64,000 bases of DNA from Bacteroidales bacterium (lineage in GTDB: Bacteria > Bacteroidota > Bacteroidia > Bacteroidales > ML635J-15). Position numbers and translations under genes: made by a program. This document shows positions 18,797-27,339 of this stretch, piece after piece (the first letter of the stretch is position 1; every line of letters starts with the position of its first letter). The stretch lies in the NCBI GenBank assembly GCA_003249955.1, contig QKHS01000054.1, positions 43,510-107,509 on the forward strand, given 5' to 3'. The notes beneath the pieces were generated by a model that ran no database searches, was not told the DNA's origin, and worked only from the letters and a program-made list of their open reading frames with translations.

Positions 18797-19876
18797 ATGA
18801 GCAAAACTTTTAGAGAAAGTCTGAATGTTGTTTTCAGAACAGCAATGTTTATAGTCTGCTTTTTTATTACACTTACAGGTTTTTCCCGGACTTGTTCAAA
18901 CGAAGCCTCTTCAGGAAGATTAAAAGGACTTGACAAGGTCAAAGGCTTTGGTATTATGTATCGTCTTCCGGGAATCTGGAGCGGGCCTGTCATCTCAAAT
19001 ACTTCGGCCGGTAATTTCAATAACTGGTTTGTTGATCTGCGTCCGGTTTCACCAAATCAGATTTCGCAGTTTTCACTTTTAGATGAGAAAACTGTAAATA
19101 ATTTCAGCATTTTTGTTGTAAAATATAATGGAGAAAAAAGAATTGCACTACGCACCGAAGGCTGTTTTGCTAATTCATGCTGCATTACTTATGAGTTGTT
19201 GGATTCTGTAAATGAGTCGGTCGGATATTACCGGTTCAGCGATTTTAAAGGAGGAATCAGCCGTGCTTATACAGAGTTCCGGTTTGGTGACGGACAAATG
19301 ACAATGGAAGTTTACACAAGCAGGTTTAATAAAGAAAAAGAAGTAAAACTCCATACGCGTTGGGAGGCAAAATTGCAGGATAAAGATGCCGCCGCAGATG
19401 CCGTTGTAAAATTCCGGTACCCGGCATATAAAAAAGCAAAAGATTTTACCGGGGCATTTACCGGAATGCCGGAAAGCATTTTCTTTACATTTGAAAATGA
19501 CCCCTATAAATCGGAAGATCAACCATATTGCGGAAGTATAGAAGTTACTGTCTCAAGCTCTCCTGAGATACAACTTAAATCAGAAGATGAGATAGAGATA
19601 TTACTTACTACAGAACCTCTCTTTGACGGGATAAAATACAAAAAAGAAAATCTCGTATTTGCATCAAAATCTGTTTATCTTAAAGGCGATACTAAAAATT
19701 TTACAATAAAAAATGTCCATCCGGGCAAATATTATATTTATGTTTTTGTTGATAGTGACGGAGATAAACTACATTTATCCGGTGAGTATATGTGCTCAGA
19801 AACTAATTATTTGCTGGAAGTTCCTGCAAATGGCAAAGCAGATTATAAAGCATTGATAGATTTTGTTATTCCTTAG
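18797..19876 (+). CDS. Hypothetical exported protein
   Basis: 359-aa ORF with an N-terminal hydrophobic segment. No motif recognised. Confidence 0.45.
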   Translation: MSKTFRESLNVVFRTAMFIVCFFITLTGFSRTCSNEASSGRLKGLDKVKGFGIMYRLPGIWSGPVISNTSAGNFNNWFVDLRPVSPNQISQFSLLDEKTVNNFSIFVVKYNGEKRIALRTEGCFANSCCITYELLDSVNESVGYYRFSDFKGGISRAYTEFRFGDGQMTMEVYTSRFNKEKEVKLHTRWEAKLQDKDAAADAVVKFRYPAYKKAKDFTGAFTGMPESIFFTFENDPYKSEDQPYCGSIEVTVSSSPEIQLKSEDEIEILLTTEPLFDGIKYKKENLVFASKSVYLKGDTKNFTIKNVHPGKYYIYVFVDSDGDKLHLSGEYMCSETNYLLEVPANGKADYKALIDFVIP

Positions 19877-19908
19877 TCAAAAAATCTCAAAAGCTATGAT
19901 TAAAAGCT

Positions 19909-19950
19909 ATTATTAATAATTGCTTAATGTATTAAGCAATTATTAATAAT
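19909..19950. repeat. Perfect 20-bp inverted repeat with a 2-nt loop
   Basis: attattaataattgcttaat-gt-attaagcaattattaataat, located between the stop at 19876 and the promoter of the second AAA ATPase gene. Confidence 0.85.
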
Positions 19951-20041
19951 AATGCTTATTATGAAAAGCAAAATAACATTATAATAATTACTATAATACA
20001 CAAAATGGTAATATAATGTTGTGTGTATTAAACAAAATGAT

Positions 20042-20049
20042 TATATTTG
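20042..20049 (+). promoter_or_regulatory. Bacteroidota -7 box (TAnnTTTG)
   Basis: tatatttg lies 16 nt upstream of the ATG at 20065. The tttgtaaaaa context matches that upstream of 8034. Confidence 0.45.
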
Positions 20050-20064
20050 TAAAAAGAAATCATT

Positions 20065-21258
20065 ATGGAATCTGTTTTAGAAAAGTCGGCTGATAAAATT
20101 AAATCTGTTCAAACTGCATTTGTACGTGGTAATATTGATACGATTGATTGGGAACCAAGACTTCTTGGAATAAAAGGATCTAGAGGTGTCGGAAAAACGA
20201 CATTGTTATTGCAGTATTTAAAGAAAAATTTTAAAAATGATGATTCAGCGGTTTACATAACTCTTGATAATTTGTGGTTTTCGCGAAATCGCCTTGAAGA
20301 TTTTATTGATAAGTTTGTAAAAATGGGAGGAAAGCACCTCTTTATTGATGAAATCCATAAATATCCTGAGTGGGCGCAGATTCTTAAAAACTCCTATGAT
20401 GATTATCCTGAATTAAAAATTGTTTTTACAGGCTCCTCAATGCTGGAGATATTAAATTCCCGTGCCGACTTAAGCCGTAGAGCGGTAGTTTATACTATGC
20501 AGGGGCTTTCTTTTCGTGAATTTCTAAATTTGCATTTAAATTTAAATATTCCGGTTTATTCTCTCGATGATATTTTAAATAATCACCGGCAAATATCAGA
20601 TGAAATACTTAATCTTACCAAACCTTTAAAGTATTTTGAAACTTATTTGAAAACCGGTTACTATCCATTTTATAAGGAATTGCCGACTCATTATTTTTAT
20701 AAGATTGAGGAAGTGATAAACATGATACTTGAAATAGAACTTCCCCTTATGCGGAATCTCGAAATTTCCTATGTGTCAAAACTAAAACAGGTTTTGCAAA
20801 TTATTGCAGAGTCTGTTCCGTTTATTCCAAATGTTTCAAAGCTTAGCGAAAGGATTGGAATAAACCGTAATACATTTTTAAATTATCTGTATTATCTTGC
20901 AGAAGCAAAACTTACTTTAAATGTTTACAAAAATGTCTCCGGCATTACAAAACTGCAAAAGCCTGACAAAATGTATCTTGAAAATACAAATATGATTTAT
21001 GCTCTGGCACCTAAAATGGCGAATGAAGGAAATTTAAGAGAGACTTTTTTTGTTAATCAGCTTGCATATAAAAACAAACTTGAATACACAGATAAGGGAG
21101 ATTTTAGGGTCAATGATATTTTTACATTTGAAGTCGGCGGTAAATCGAAAACAGATCAGCAAATTAAAAATGTGAGCAATTCCTTTATTGTTGCCGATAA
21201 TCTGGAATTTGGATTTGCAAATAAAATACCTTTGTGGCAGTTTGGATTAATGTATTAA
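20065..21258 (+). CDS. AAA+ ATPase (AAA_14) with a DUF4143-type PD-(D/E)xK-like C-terminus; paralog 2
   Basis: IKGSRGVGKTT, LFIDEIHKYP and GDFRVNDIFTFEVGGKSK. 397 aa with a gap-free alignment to 8034..9227. Confidence 0.75.
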   Translation: MESVLEKSADKIKSVQTAFVRGNIDTIDWEPRLLGIKGSRGVGKTTLLLQYLKKNFKNDDSAVYITLDNLWFSRNRLEDFIDKFVKMGGKHLFIDEIHKYPEWAQILKNSYDDYPELKIVFTGSSMLEILNSRADLSRRAVVYTMQGLSFREFLNLHLNLNIPVYSLDDILNNHRQISDEILNLTKPLKYFETYLKTGYYPFYKELPTHYFYKIEEVINMILEIELPLMRNLEISYVSKLKQVLQIIAESVPFIPNVSKLSERIGINRNTFLNYLYYLAEAKLTLNVYKNVSGITKLQKPDKMYLENTNMIYALAPKMANEGNLRETFFVNQLAYKNKLEYTDKGDFRVNDIFTFEVGGKSKTDQQIKNVSNSFIVADNLEFGFANKIPLWQFGLMY

Positions 21259-21284
21259 TTTAAAAAACGTAATTGTTCAGGCTT

Positions 21285-21512
21285 ATGCAAATTGATTTTT
21301 TTCGGTCTTCCTGCAATGTTTTGTTTTATCCCGAAGATTTGGACACATTGTGTATAACTCAATCTAAAATCAGAGAAACCTGTATTCCTCATTACACAAA
21401 TCTACGCGGGAAACCAATTACAAATAAATTTATTACAGAATCAGGTTTTACCATCGATACTGTTATTGTTGATGGTAAGTATTGGCGTATTTTTGTAATT
21501 AGTAAAAATTAG
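21285..21512 (+). CDS. Small hypothetical protein (weak call)
   Basis: Only the ORF itself and its tight packing support this call; it ends 3 nt before the next start. No motif recognised. Confidence 0.25.
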   Translation: MQIDFFRSSCNVLFYPEDLDTLCITQSKIRETCIPHYTNLRGKPITNKFITESGFTIDTVIVDGKYWRIFVISKN

Positions 21513-21515
21513 GTG

Positions 21516-22160
21516 ATGTACAAAGCAGTAATATTTGATATGGACGGAGTTCTGATAAATTCAGAGCCATTGTGGAAGATAGCGGAAAAACATGTGTTTT
21601 CTTCTCTTGGAGTAAAAGTAAGTGACGATTTGGTGCATATTACCTCAGCACTTACAGCTCAGGAAGTTTGTGAATTTTGGTACAGCCGCTATCCGTGGGA
21701 AGGAAAAACTTTTAAGGAAGTTGAAGACGATGTTGTTAACATGGTGATTAAACTTATAGGAGAGAATGATACCAGATTGCCCGGAGTCACAGAAATACTA
21801 AGACTGTTTAAAGAGAAGGATTTTAAAATCGGCCTGGCTTCAAACTCTTCACACAATCTTATTGAGGTTATTCTGGAAAAACTTGAAATAAGATCATATT
21901 TCGATGTGATTTCATCTGCAGATGATGTTGAGAAAGGAAAACCCAATCCTGCAGTATATCTTTATGCAGCAGAGAAACTTGGTGTAAATCCGTCGGGATG
22001 CCTGGTTTTTGAAGATTCAATTGTAGGAATTACTGCTGCAAAAAATGCAGGAATGAAAGTTATTGCTGTCCCGGCAAAAGAGGACTTTGATAAACCGGAA
22101 TTTGAAACGGCAGATTATAAAATAAGATCGCTAAAAGAATTTGACTTAACACTCAGTTAA
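21516..22160 (+). CDS. HAD-IA family sugar-phosphate phosphatase (beta-PGM-like fold)
   Basis: AVIFDMDGVLINSEPLW (DxD), LASNS, KGKPNPAVY and VFEDSIVGITAAKNAGM. Confidence 0.75.
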   Translation: MYKAVIFDMDGVLINSEPLWKIAEKHVFSSLGVKVSDDLVHITSALTAQEVCEFWYSRYPWEGKTFKEVEDDVVNMVIKLIGENDTRLPGVTEILRLFKEKDFKIGLASNSSHNLIEVILEKLEIRSYFDVISSADDVEKGKPNPAVYLYAAEKLGVNPSGCLVFEDSIVGITAAKNAGMKVIAVPAKEDFDKPEFETADYKIRSLKEFDLTLS

Positions 22161-22194
22161 TACTATAAATTTATTTTTGACGTTTAAAAAAGCT

Positions 22195-22815
22195 ATGAAA
22201 AATAATATTTTTATAATACTGATTTTAGGAGCAGTACTTTACTCTTGTAAAGATCATCCGGTAGAGATTGCCAGATTTGAACTTGGTGAAGCCGAGCAAA
22301 ATCTTGTGCCTTATCATTCAGGTCAGCAAATTGATTTTATCCATTCCAACGGCTATGAATTTACTTTTAACGTAACGCAAGAAAGTCTGGAATGGTTTAA
22401 ACATTTTGATTTTTGTGAATGGGGCTGCCGCAATCAGGAATATTTCTCGTATCAGGTAAAAACTGTTATTATGGAATCAGACTATCCGGTTCTTAGTTTA
22501 AGATTTTGCGTAGGTGGTGATGCCTGGCAGGAATACTATGATAATGTTCTGAATTTTGACATAAACCAACGTCATTTTATTAGTATGCCATACAATTCGC
22601 AGGCAGAATTTATATGCGACACTTTAACCGGCATTGTTGTTTATGATACTGTGTTGATAGGAACTACAGAATACTACAATGTTTATGAAAAAGCATTTGA
22701 CAGCAGTTTTTTTATTGATTCAACCAATATGGCTCCAAAATCTATACTTTATAATTCTCAGGGTTTATTACAAATTAAAATGAGCAACGATGAAACATAT
22801 TCAGTTAAGAATTAA
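22195..22815 (+). CDS. Lipoprotein, unknown function
   Basis: MKNNIFIILILGAVLYSCKD lipobox. Confidence 0.5.
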   Translation: MKNNIFIILILGAVLYSCKDHPVEIARFELGEAEQNLVPYHSGQQIDFIHSNGYEFTFNVTQESLEWFKHFDFCEWGCRNQEYFSYQVKTVIMESDYPVLSLRFCVGGDAWQEYYDNVLNFDINQRHFISMPYNSQAEFICDTLTGIVVYDTVLIGTTEYYNVYEKAFDSSFFIDSTNMAPKSILYNSQGLLQIKMSNDETYSVKN

Positions 22816-23395
22816 TATTCTTGTATTTTCTTTTGTGGCTTCAGTTTTGATTTTTTCGTCATGTGGCGACTACCTTGAAGGTACATATAAGATTAGCGGA
22901 GAAGCTTTAAAATACAAAACAGACACTACTGTTTTCTCGTTTCAGATGATTGATAGTTACGGAATTACAGAGGAGTTTTATATGGATACACATACCTGGT
23001 ACGTGACACATGATTATTTTAGCGAGTGGGGAGAAAAGGCCTTTTACGAAACATTCGGGATTGCTTATGGCTCTGTAGTAAATGATTATTTTTTTATGTT
23101 TGTTATGCGGGCTCAGGAAACCTCAACAGAGCTTGAAGTAGAATGGAATCAGAAAGACTTAATGAGCTATGATTTTGGAACCCGGGTGATGGAATTTGAG
23201 CCGGGAGGGATGAATATTTCTTTTTACGATACTTTACAGGTAAGGGGAGTTACTTATCATGACATAATTGAAATAGATTATTCTGCATCCCGTAACGAAA
23301 TAGATAAAAACACCCCTGTAAAAACATGGATTGCCGGGAAGGAAGGATTAATAAAATTTGAAAGAAAAGACGGCGTAGTGTCGGAAAGATTATAA
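22790..23395 (+). CDS. Lipoprotein, unknown function
   Basis: LIFSSCGD lipobox. Overlaps the upstream gene by 26 nt. Confidence 0.5.
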   Translation: MKHIQLRINILVFSFVASVLIFSSCGDYLEGTYKISGEALKYKTDTTVFSFQMIDSYGITEEFYMDTHTWYVTHDYFSEWGEKAFYETFGIAYGSVVNDYFFMFVMRAQETSTELEVEWNQKDLMSYDFGTRVMEFEPGGMNISFYDTLQVRGVTYHDIIEIDYSASRNEIDKNTPVKTWIAGKEGLIKFERKDGVVSERL

Positions 23396-23431
23396 AATCT
23401 TAACCGGATAATTATTTGTTGCCGGAATTTT

Positions 23432-23439
23432 TAACTTTG
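23432..23439 (+). promoter_or_regulatory. Bacteroidota -7 box (TAnnTTTG)
   Basis: taactttg lies 29 nt upstream of the TTG start at 23468. Confidence 0.35.
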
Positions 23440-23467
23440 CAAAGTATTAAATAATTATCCGGTAATT

Positions 23468-25663
23468 TTGACAGAAATACTTCTTATAACGCCGCCATTT
23501 ACCCAGCTAAATACTCCGTACCCTGCAACGGCTTATCTTAAGGGATTTCTTAACTATAAGAATGTTAATTCAGTTCAGGCCGATCTGGGGCTTGAGGTTA
23601 TTCTGGACTTATTTTCAAAAACCGGCTTACAAAAAGCATTTGATTTTGCTTTTAACAGTAAAAGCATTTCTGATAAAAATTCAAAAAAAATTTACAATAA
23701 CAAAGAAAGGTATTTGAGAGTTATTGAAGATCTTGTAAGCTTTTTGCAGGGCAATCGAATGTCTATTACAGATAAAATCTGCAGCAGAAGATATTTACCC
23801 GAAGCTTCCAGATTTAATCAGCTTGAGGATATGAGCCTGGCATTCGACGAAACAGATTCTGCCGGATTTGCAAAGTATATGGCAACTCTGTGTCTGGAAG
23901 ACTTGTCTGACTTTATAGTCAATTGTGTCGATTCCGATTTCGGATTCAGCAGATATGCCGAAAAAATCGGGCGGAGTGCAAACTCATTTGATGACCTTAG
24001 TGACCGGCTTTCCGGTACAAAATCATATATTGATGAAATCAGCCTGAGAATACTGAACGAAAAAATTAATTCTGAAAAACCGGAAATTATATGCTTTTCC
24101 GTTCCCTTTCCGGGTAATTTATATTCGGCATTTCGTTGTGCACAAATGATAAAATCAAAATATCCCGGAATAAAAACCATAATGGGTGGAGGATTTCCTA
24201 ATACAGAATTGCGTTCGGTTTCAGATTCGCGGGTTTTTGATTATTTCGATTTTATTTGTCTTGACGACGGAGAACTTCCGTTGGAACTTATATATAATCA
24301 TTTGAAAAACCCATGCCCGCCGGATTCTGTAAAGTTAAAGCGCACATTTCTGAGAGAAAACGGCAGTGTCTTTTACAATAATCTTTCTGAAAAATCAGAT
24401 TATCCGTTAACGGAAACAGGTTGTCCCGACTACTCAGGCTTGCTGCCTGACAAATATATTTCGGTTACAGAAACAGCAAACCCCATGCATAGTTTGTGGA
24501 GCGACGGCAGGTGGAATAAGCTGACAATGGCTCATGGCTGTTATTGGGGTAAATGCAGTTTTTGTGACACTTCTTTAAGTTATATAAAACATTATAAGCC
24601 CGTTCCGGCAAAAATGCTGGCCGACAGAATGGAAATTCTGATAAGCCAAACTGGAGAAACAGGATTTCACTTTGTAGATGAGGCAGCTCCGCCAAATTTA
24701 ATGCGCGATCTTGCAATTGAAATAATTAAAAGAAAATTACAGGTAACATGGTGGACAAACGTGCGTTTTGAAAAAAACTTTAGTTTCAGCCTCTGTCAGT
24801 TATTGAGAAGATCCGGCTGCATAGCAGTGGCCGGCGGACTCGAAGTCGCATCTGACAGGCTACTTGAACGTATAAACAAAGGAGTTACTGTAGAACAGGT
24901 TGCACAGGTAACATCAAATTTTACCGATGCCGGAATCATGGTTCATGCATATCTTATGTATGCATTTCCCGGACAAACCGTTCAGGAAACTGTTGACAGT
25001 CTCGAAATGGTGAGACAACTTTTTGAACTGGATTTGATTCAGTCCGGGTTTTGGCATCAGTTTGCACTTACAACCCATAGTGAAGTCGGCAGAAATCCTG
25101 AAAAATACGGTATAGTTACATATAAAAAAGAAATCACATTTGCCGATAATGATGTCGAATTTGTTGACAGTACCGGCATAGATCACAGTAAGTTTAGCTT
25201 TGGGCTTAAAAAATCCCTGTTTAATTTTATGCATGGAACCGGTTTTGATCTTAAGTTGCAGGAATGGTTTAATTTTAAAATCCCCGAAACCACAATAAAA
25301 CCGGATTATATATCGAAATGTGTTGAATCTTCAGACCGGTTTCAGGTTAATCCTAAAGCCTGGATAGTCTGGATAGGAGATATGCCGGATGTTGAATATC
25401 AAAGCAGGATAAAACGCGGAAAGGTTTTGCAAACAGTAAAAATGTCATTTAGCAATGAGTTTGAAGATTTTGCAATTTCTGTCGAAAAAGAAACCGGCGA
25501 ATGGCTTCTGGATTTACTTCATAAAGCCTCTGTATTTATCGAGAAACAAATTTCATATCAAGCTGCCAAAGCTGATTTTGAAAGCAGGTTCTCTGATTTT
25601 GAACTTTTTTGGTTTTCAGGACCGGTAAGTAAGTTGCGCGAAAATGGTTTGCTCTTACTTTAA
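23468..25663 (+). CDS. B12-binding-domain-type radical SAM protein (731 aa)
   Basis: The N-terminal MTEILLITPPF...PYPATAYLKGFL is typical of B12-binding radical SAM enzymes. The cluster motif is MAHGCYWGKCSFCD (nt 24539-24565), followed by GFHFVDEA and GGLEVASDRLL. Confidence 0.75.
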   Translation: MTEILLITPPFTQLNTPYPATAYLKGFLNYKNVNSVQADLGLEVILDLFSKTGLQKAFDFAFNSKSISDKNSKKIYNNKERYLRVIEDLVSFLQGNRMSITDKICSRRYLPEASRFNQLEDMSLAFDETDSAGFAKYMATLCLEDLSDFIVNCVDSDFGFSRYAEKIGRSANSFDDLSDRLSGTKSYIDEISLRILNEKINSEKPEIICFSVPFPGNLYSAFRCAQMIKSKYPGIKTIMGGGFPNTELRSVSDSRVFDYFDFICLDDGELPLELIYNHLKNPCPPDSVKLKRTFLRENGSVFYNNLSEKSDYPLTETGCPDYSGLLPDKYISVTETANPMHSLWSDGRWNKLTMAHGCYWGKCSFCDTSLSYIKHYKPVPAKMLADRMEILISQTGETGFHFVDEAAPPNLMRDLAIEIIKRKLQVTWWTNVRFEKNFSFSLCQLLRRSGCIAVAGGLEVASDRLLERINKGVTVEQVAQVTSNFTDAGIMVHAYLMYAFPGQTVQETVDSLEMVRQLFELDLIQSGFWHQFALTTHSEVGRNPEKYGIVTYKKEITFADNDVEFVDSTGIDHSKFSFGLKKSLFNFMHGTGFDLKLQEWFNFKIPETTIKPDYISKCVESSDRFQVNPKAWIVWIGDMPDVEYQSRIKRGKVLQTVKMSFSNEFEDFAISVEKETGEWLLDLLHKASVFIEKQISYQAAKADFESRFSDFELFWFSGPVSKLRENGLLLL

Positions 25664-25974
25664 TGTTACTCACGGACAAGCTTTTTGGGTTAGCTCTTAA
25701 AAGTTCCGGTGCTTAGTAATTATTAGCCACAAAAGCACAAAAAAAGACAAATCCCTTTAGTGTCTTAGTGGCAACAAAAATAGAATAGCATAATATTGAT
25801 AAAAAAGTAGCCACGAAAGCACGAAAGCACGAAAAAAAGTAAACCCTTTAGTGTTTTAGTGTCTTAGTGCCTTCGTGGCAAAAAAAAAGAGAGCGAAAAC
25901 TCTGTGGCAATGTAAAAAAATTAGGTCGCTTCAAAAACACGAAGAGGAGGGATAACAAATAATAAATTACAGTG

Positions 25975-26043
25975 CCTTCGGCTACGCTCAGTCACCTGAG
26001 TATCCGTTGACTGAGCGTAGCCCGTTCTGAGCGTAGTCGAAGG
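25975..26043 (+). repeat. Alternative-hairpin element, copy 1 (L-M-R)
   Basis: L is ccttcggctacgctcagtca, M is tgactgagcgtagcc and R is ctgagcgtagtcgaagg. L is complementary to both M and R. Confidence 0.85.
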
Positions 26044-26423
26044 CAACATTAGAAATGAAATTAAGTGGCCACAAAAGCACGAAAGCACAAAAAAAAGGAA
26101 TTAGCCTTTAGTGTTTTAGTGTCTTAGTGGCAACAAAAATAGAATAGCATAATATTGATAAAAAAGTAGCCACGAAATCACGAAATCACGAAAAAAAGTA
26201 AACCCTTTAGTGTTTTAGTGTATTAGTGGCAAAAAATAAAACAGTTAATGGGAATAAAGTTTAATGGCCACAAAAGCACGAAAGCACAAAAAAAGGAATT
26301 AGCCTTTAGTGTTTTAGTGCCTTCGTGGCAAAAAAAAGAGAGCGAAAACTCTGTGGCAATGTAAAAAAATTAGGTCGCTTCAAAAACACGAAGAGGAGGG
26401 ATAACAAATAATAAATTACAGTG

Positions 26424-26494
26424 CCTTTGGTTACGCTCAGTCACCTGAGTATCCGTTGACTGAGCGTAGCCCGTTGATTGAGCGTAGTCGAAGG
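26424..26494 (+). repeat. Alternative-hairpin element, copy 2 (L-M-R)
   Basis: Same architecture as copy 1. The L arm reads cctttggttacgctcagtca, with two C>T changes relative to copy 1. Confidence 0.85.
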
Positions 26495-27339
26495 CAACAT
26501 TAGAAATGAAATTAAGTGGCCACAAAAGCACGAAAGCACAAAAAAAAGGAATTAGCCTTTAGTGTTTTAGTGTCTTAGTGGCAACAAAAAGATAATAGCA
26601 TAATATTGATAAAAAAAGTGGCCACGAAATCACGAAATCACGAAAAAAAAGAATCAGCCTTTAGTGTTTTAGTGTCTTAGTGGCAAAAAATAAAACAGTT
26701 AATGGGAATAAAGTTTAATGGTCACAAAAGCACGAAAGCACAAAAAAGGAATCTCACTTTAGTGTTTTAGTGTTTTGGTGGCAAATAAAAGAGAGCGAAA
26801 ACCAGGTAAATAAAAAAAATTAAATAGCCACGAAAGCACGAAAGCACAAAAAAGGAATCTCACTTTAGTGTTTTAGTGTTTTGGTGGCAAATAAAAGAGA
26901 GCGAAAACCAGGTAAATAAAAAAATTAAATAGCCACGAAAGCACGAAGACACAAAAAAAGGGAAAAACCCTTTAGTGTTTTAGTGTGTTAGTGGTAACAT
27001 AAAAATTGGAATAAGAATAAAAATTTATTAGCCATGAAAGCACGAAGACACAAAAAAAGGGAAAACCCTTTAGTGTTTTAGTGTGTTAGTGGCAACATAA
27101 AATTGGAATAAGAATAAAAAATTTATTAGCCACGAAAGCACGAAGACACAAAAAAAGAAAGCCCACTTAGTGCCTTTGCATCTTGGTGGCAAAAAAAGAA
27201 TCTCCTTGCTTAACTAATACAGATTAAGATATAGTTGTTGATAAATAGTTGAATTTCAACCAATTGGCTTGCAATTAATTGCTAAATTTGTACAAACCGT
27301 ATGAAATCTTCTTATATTAACCATATAAATCTATTAATC

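Larger units (their letters stand above)
25726..27190. repeat. Tandem array A: 12 same-orientation imperfect hairpin units (GCCAC[GAAAGCAC]n ... [GTGTYTTA]n GTGGC)
   Basis: Units start at 25726, 25810, 26068, 26169, 26267, 26519, 26621, 26721, 26827, 26932, 27031 and 27129. There is no ORF in the six-frame track across 25664-27300. Confidence 0.9.

Noticed and set aside
18676-19020. Minus-strand 114-aa ORF overlapping the end of 17281..18696 and the start of 18797..19876
   Set aside because: It overlaps two better-supported plus-strand genes and spans their AT-rich intergenic region.
25726-27190. CRISPR array interpretation of the repeat region (and of 51890-52804)
   Set aside because: The repeated unit is itself an inverted-repeat hairpin with a variable loop, not a direct repeat separating unique spacers. 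Unit spacing is irregular, whole multi-unit segments are duplicated, spacer modules recur between the two loci, and there are no cas genes in the window.
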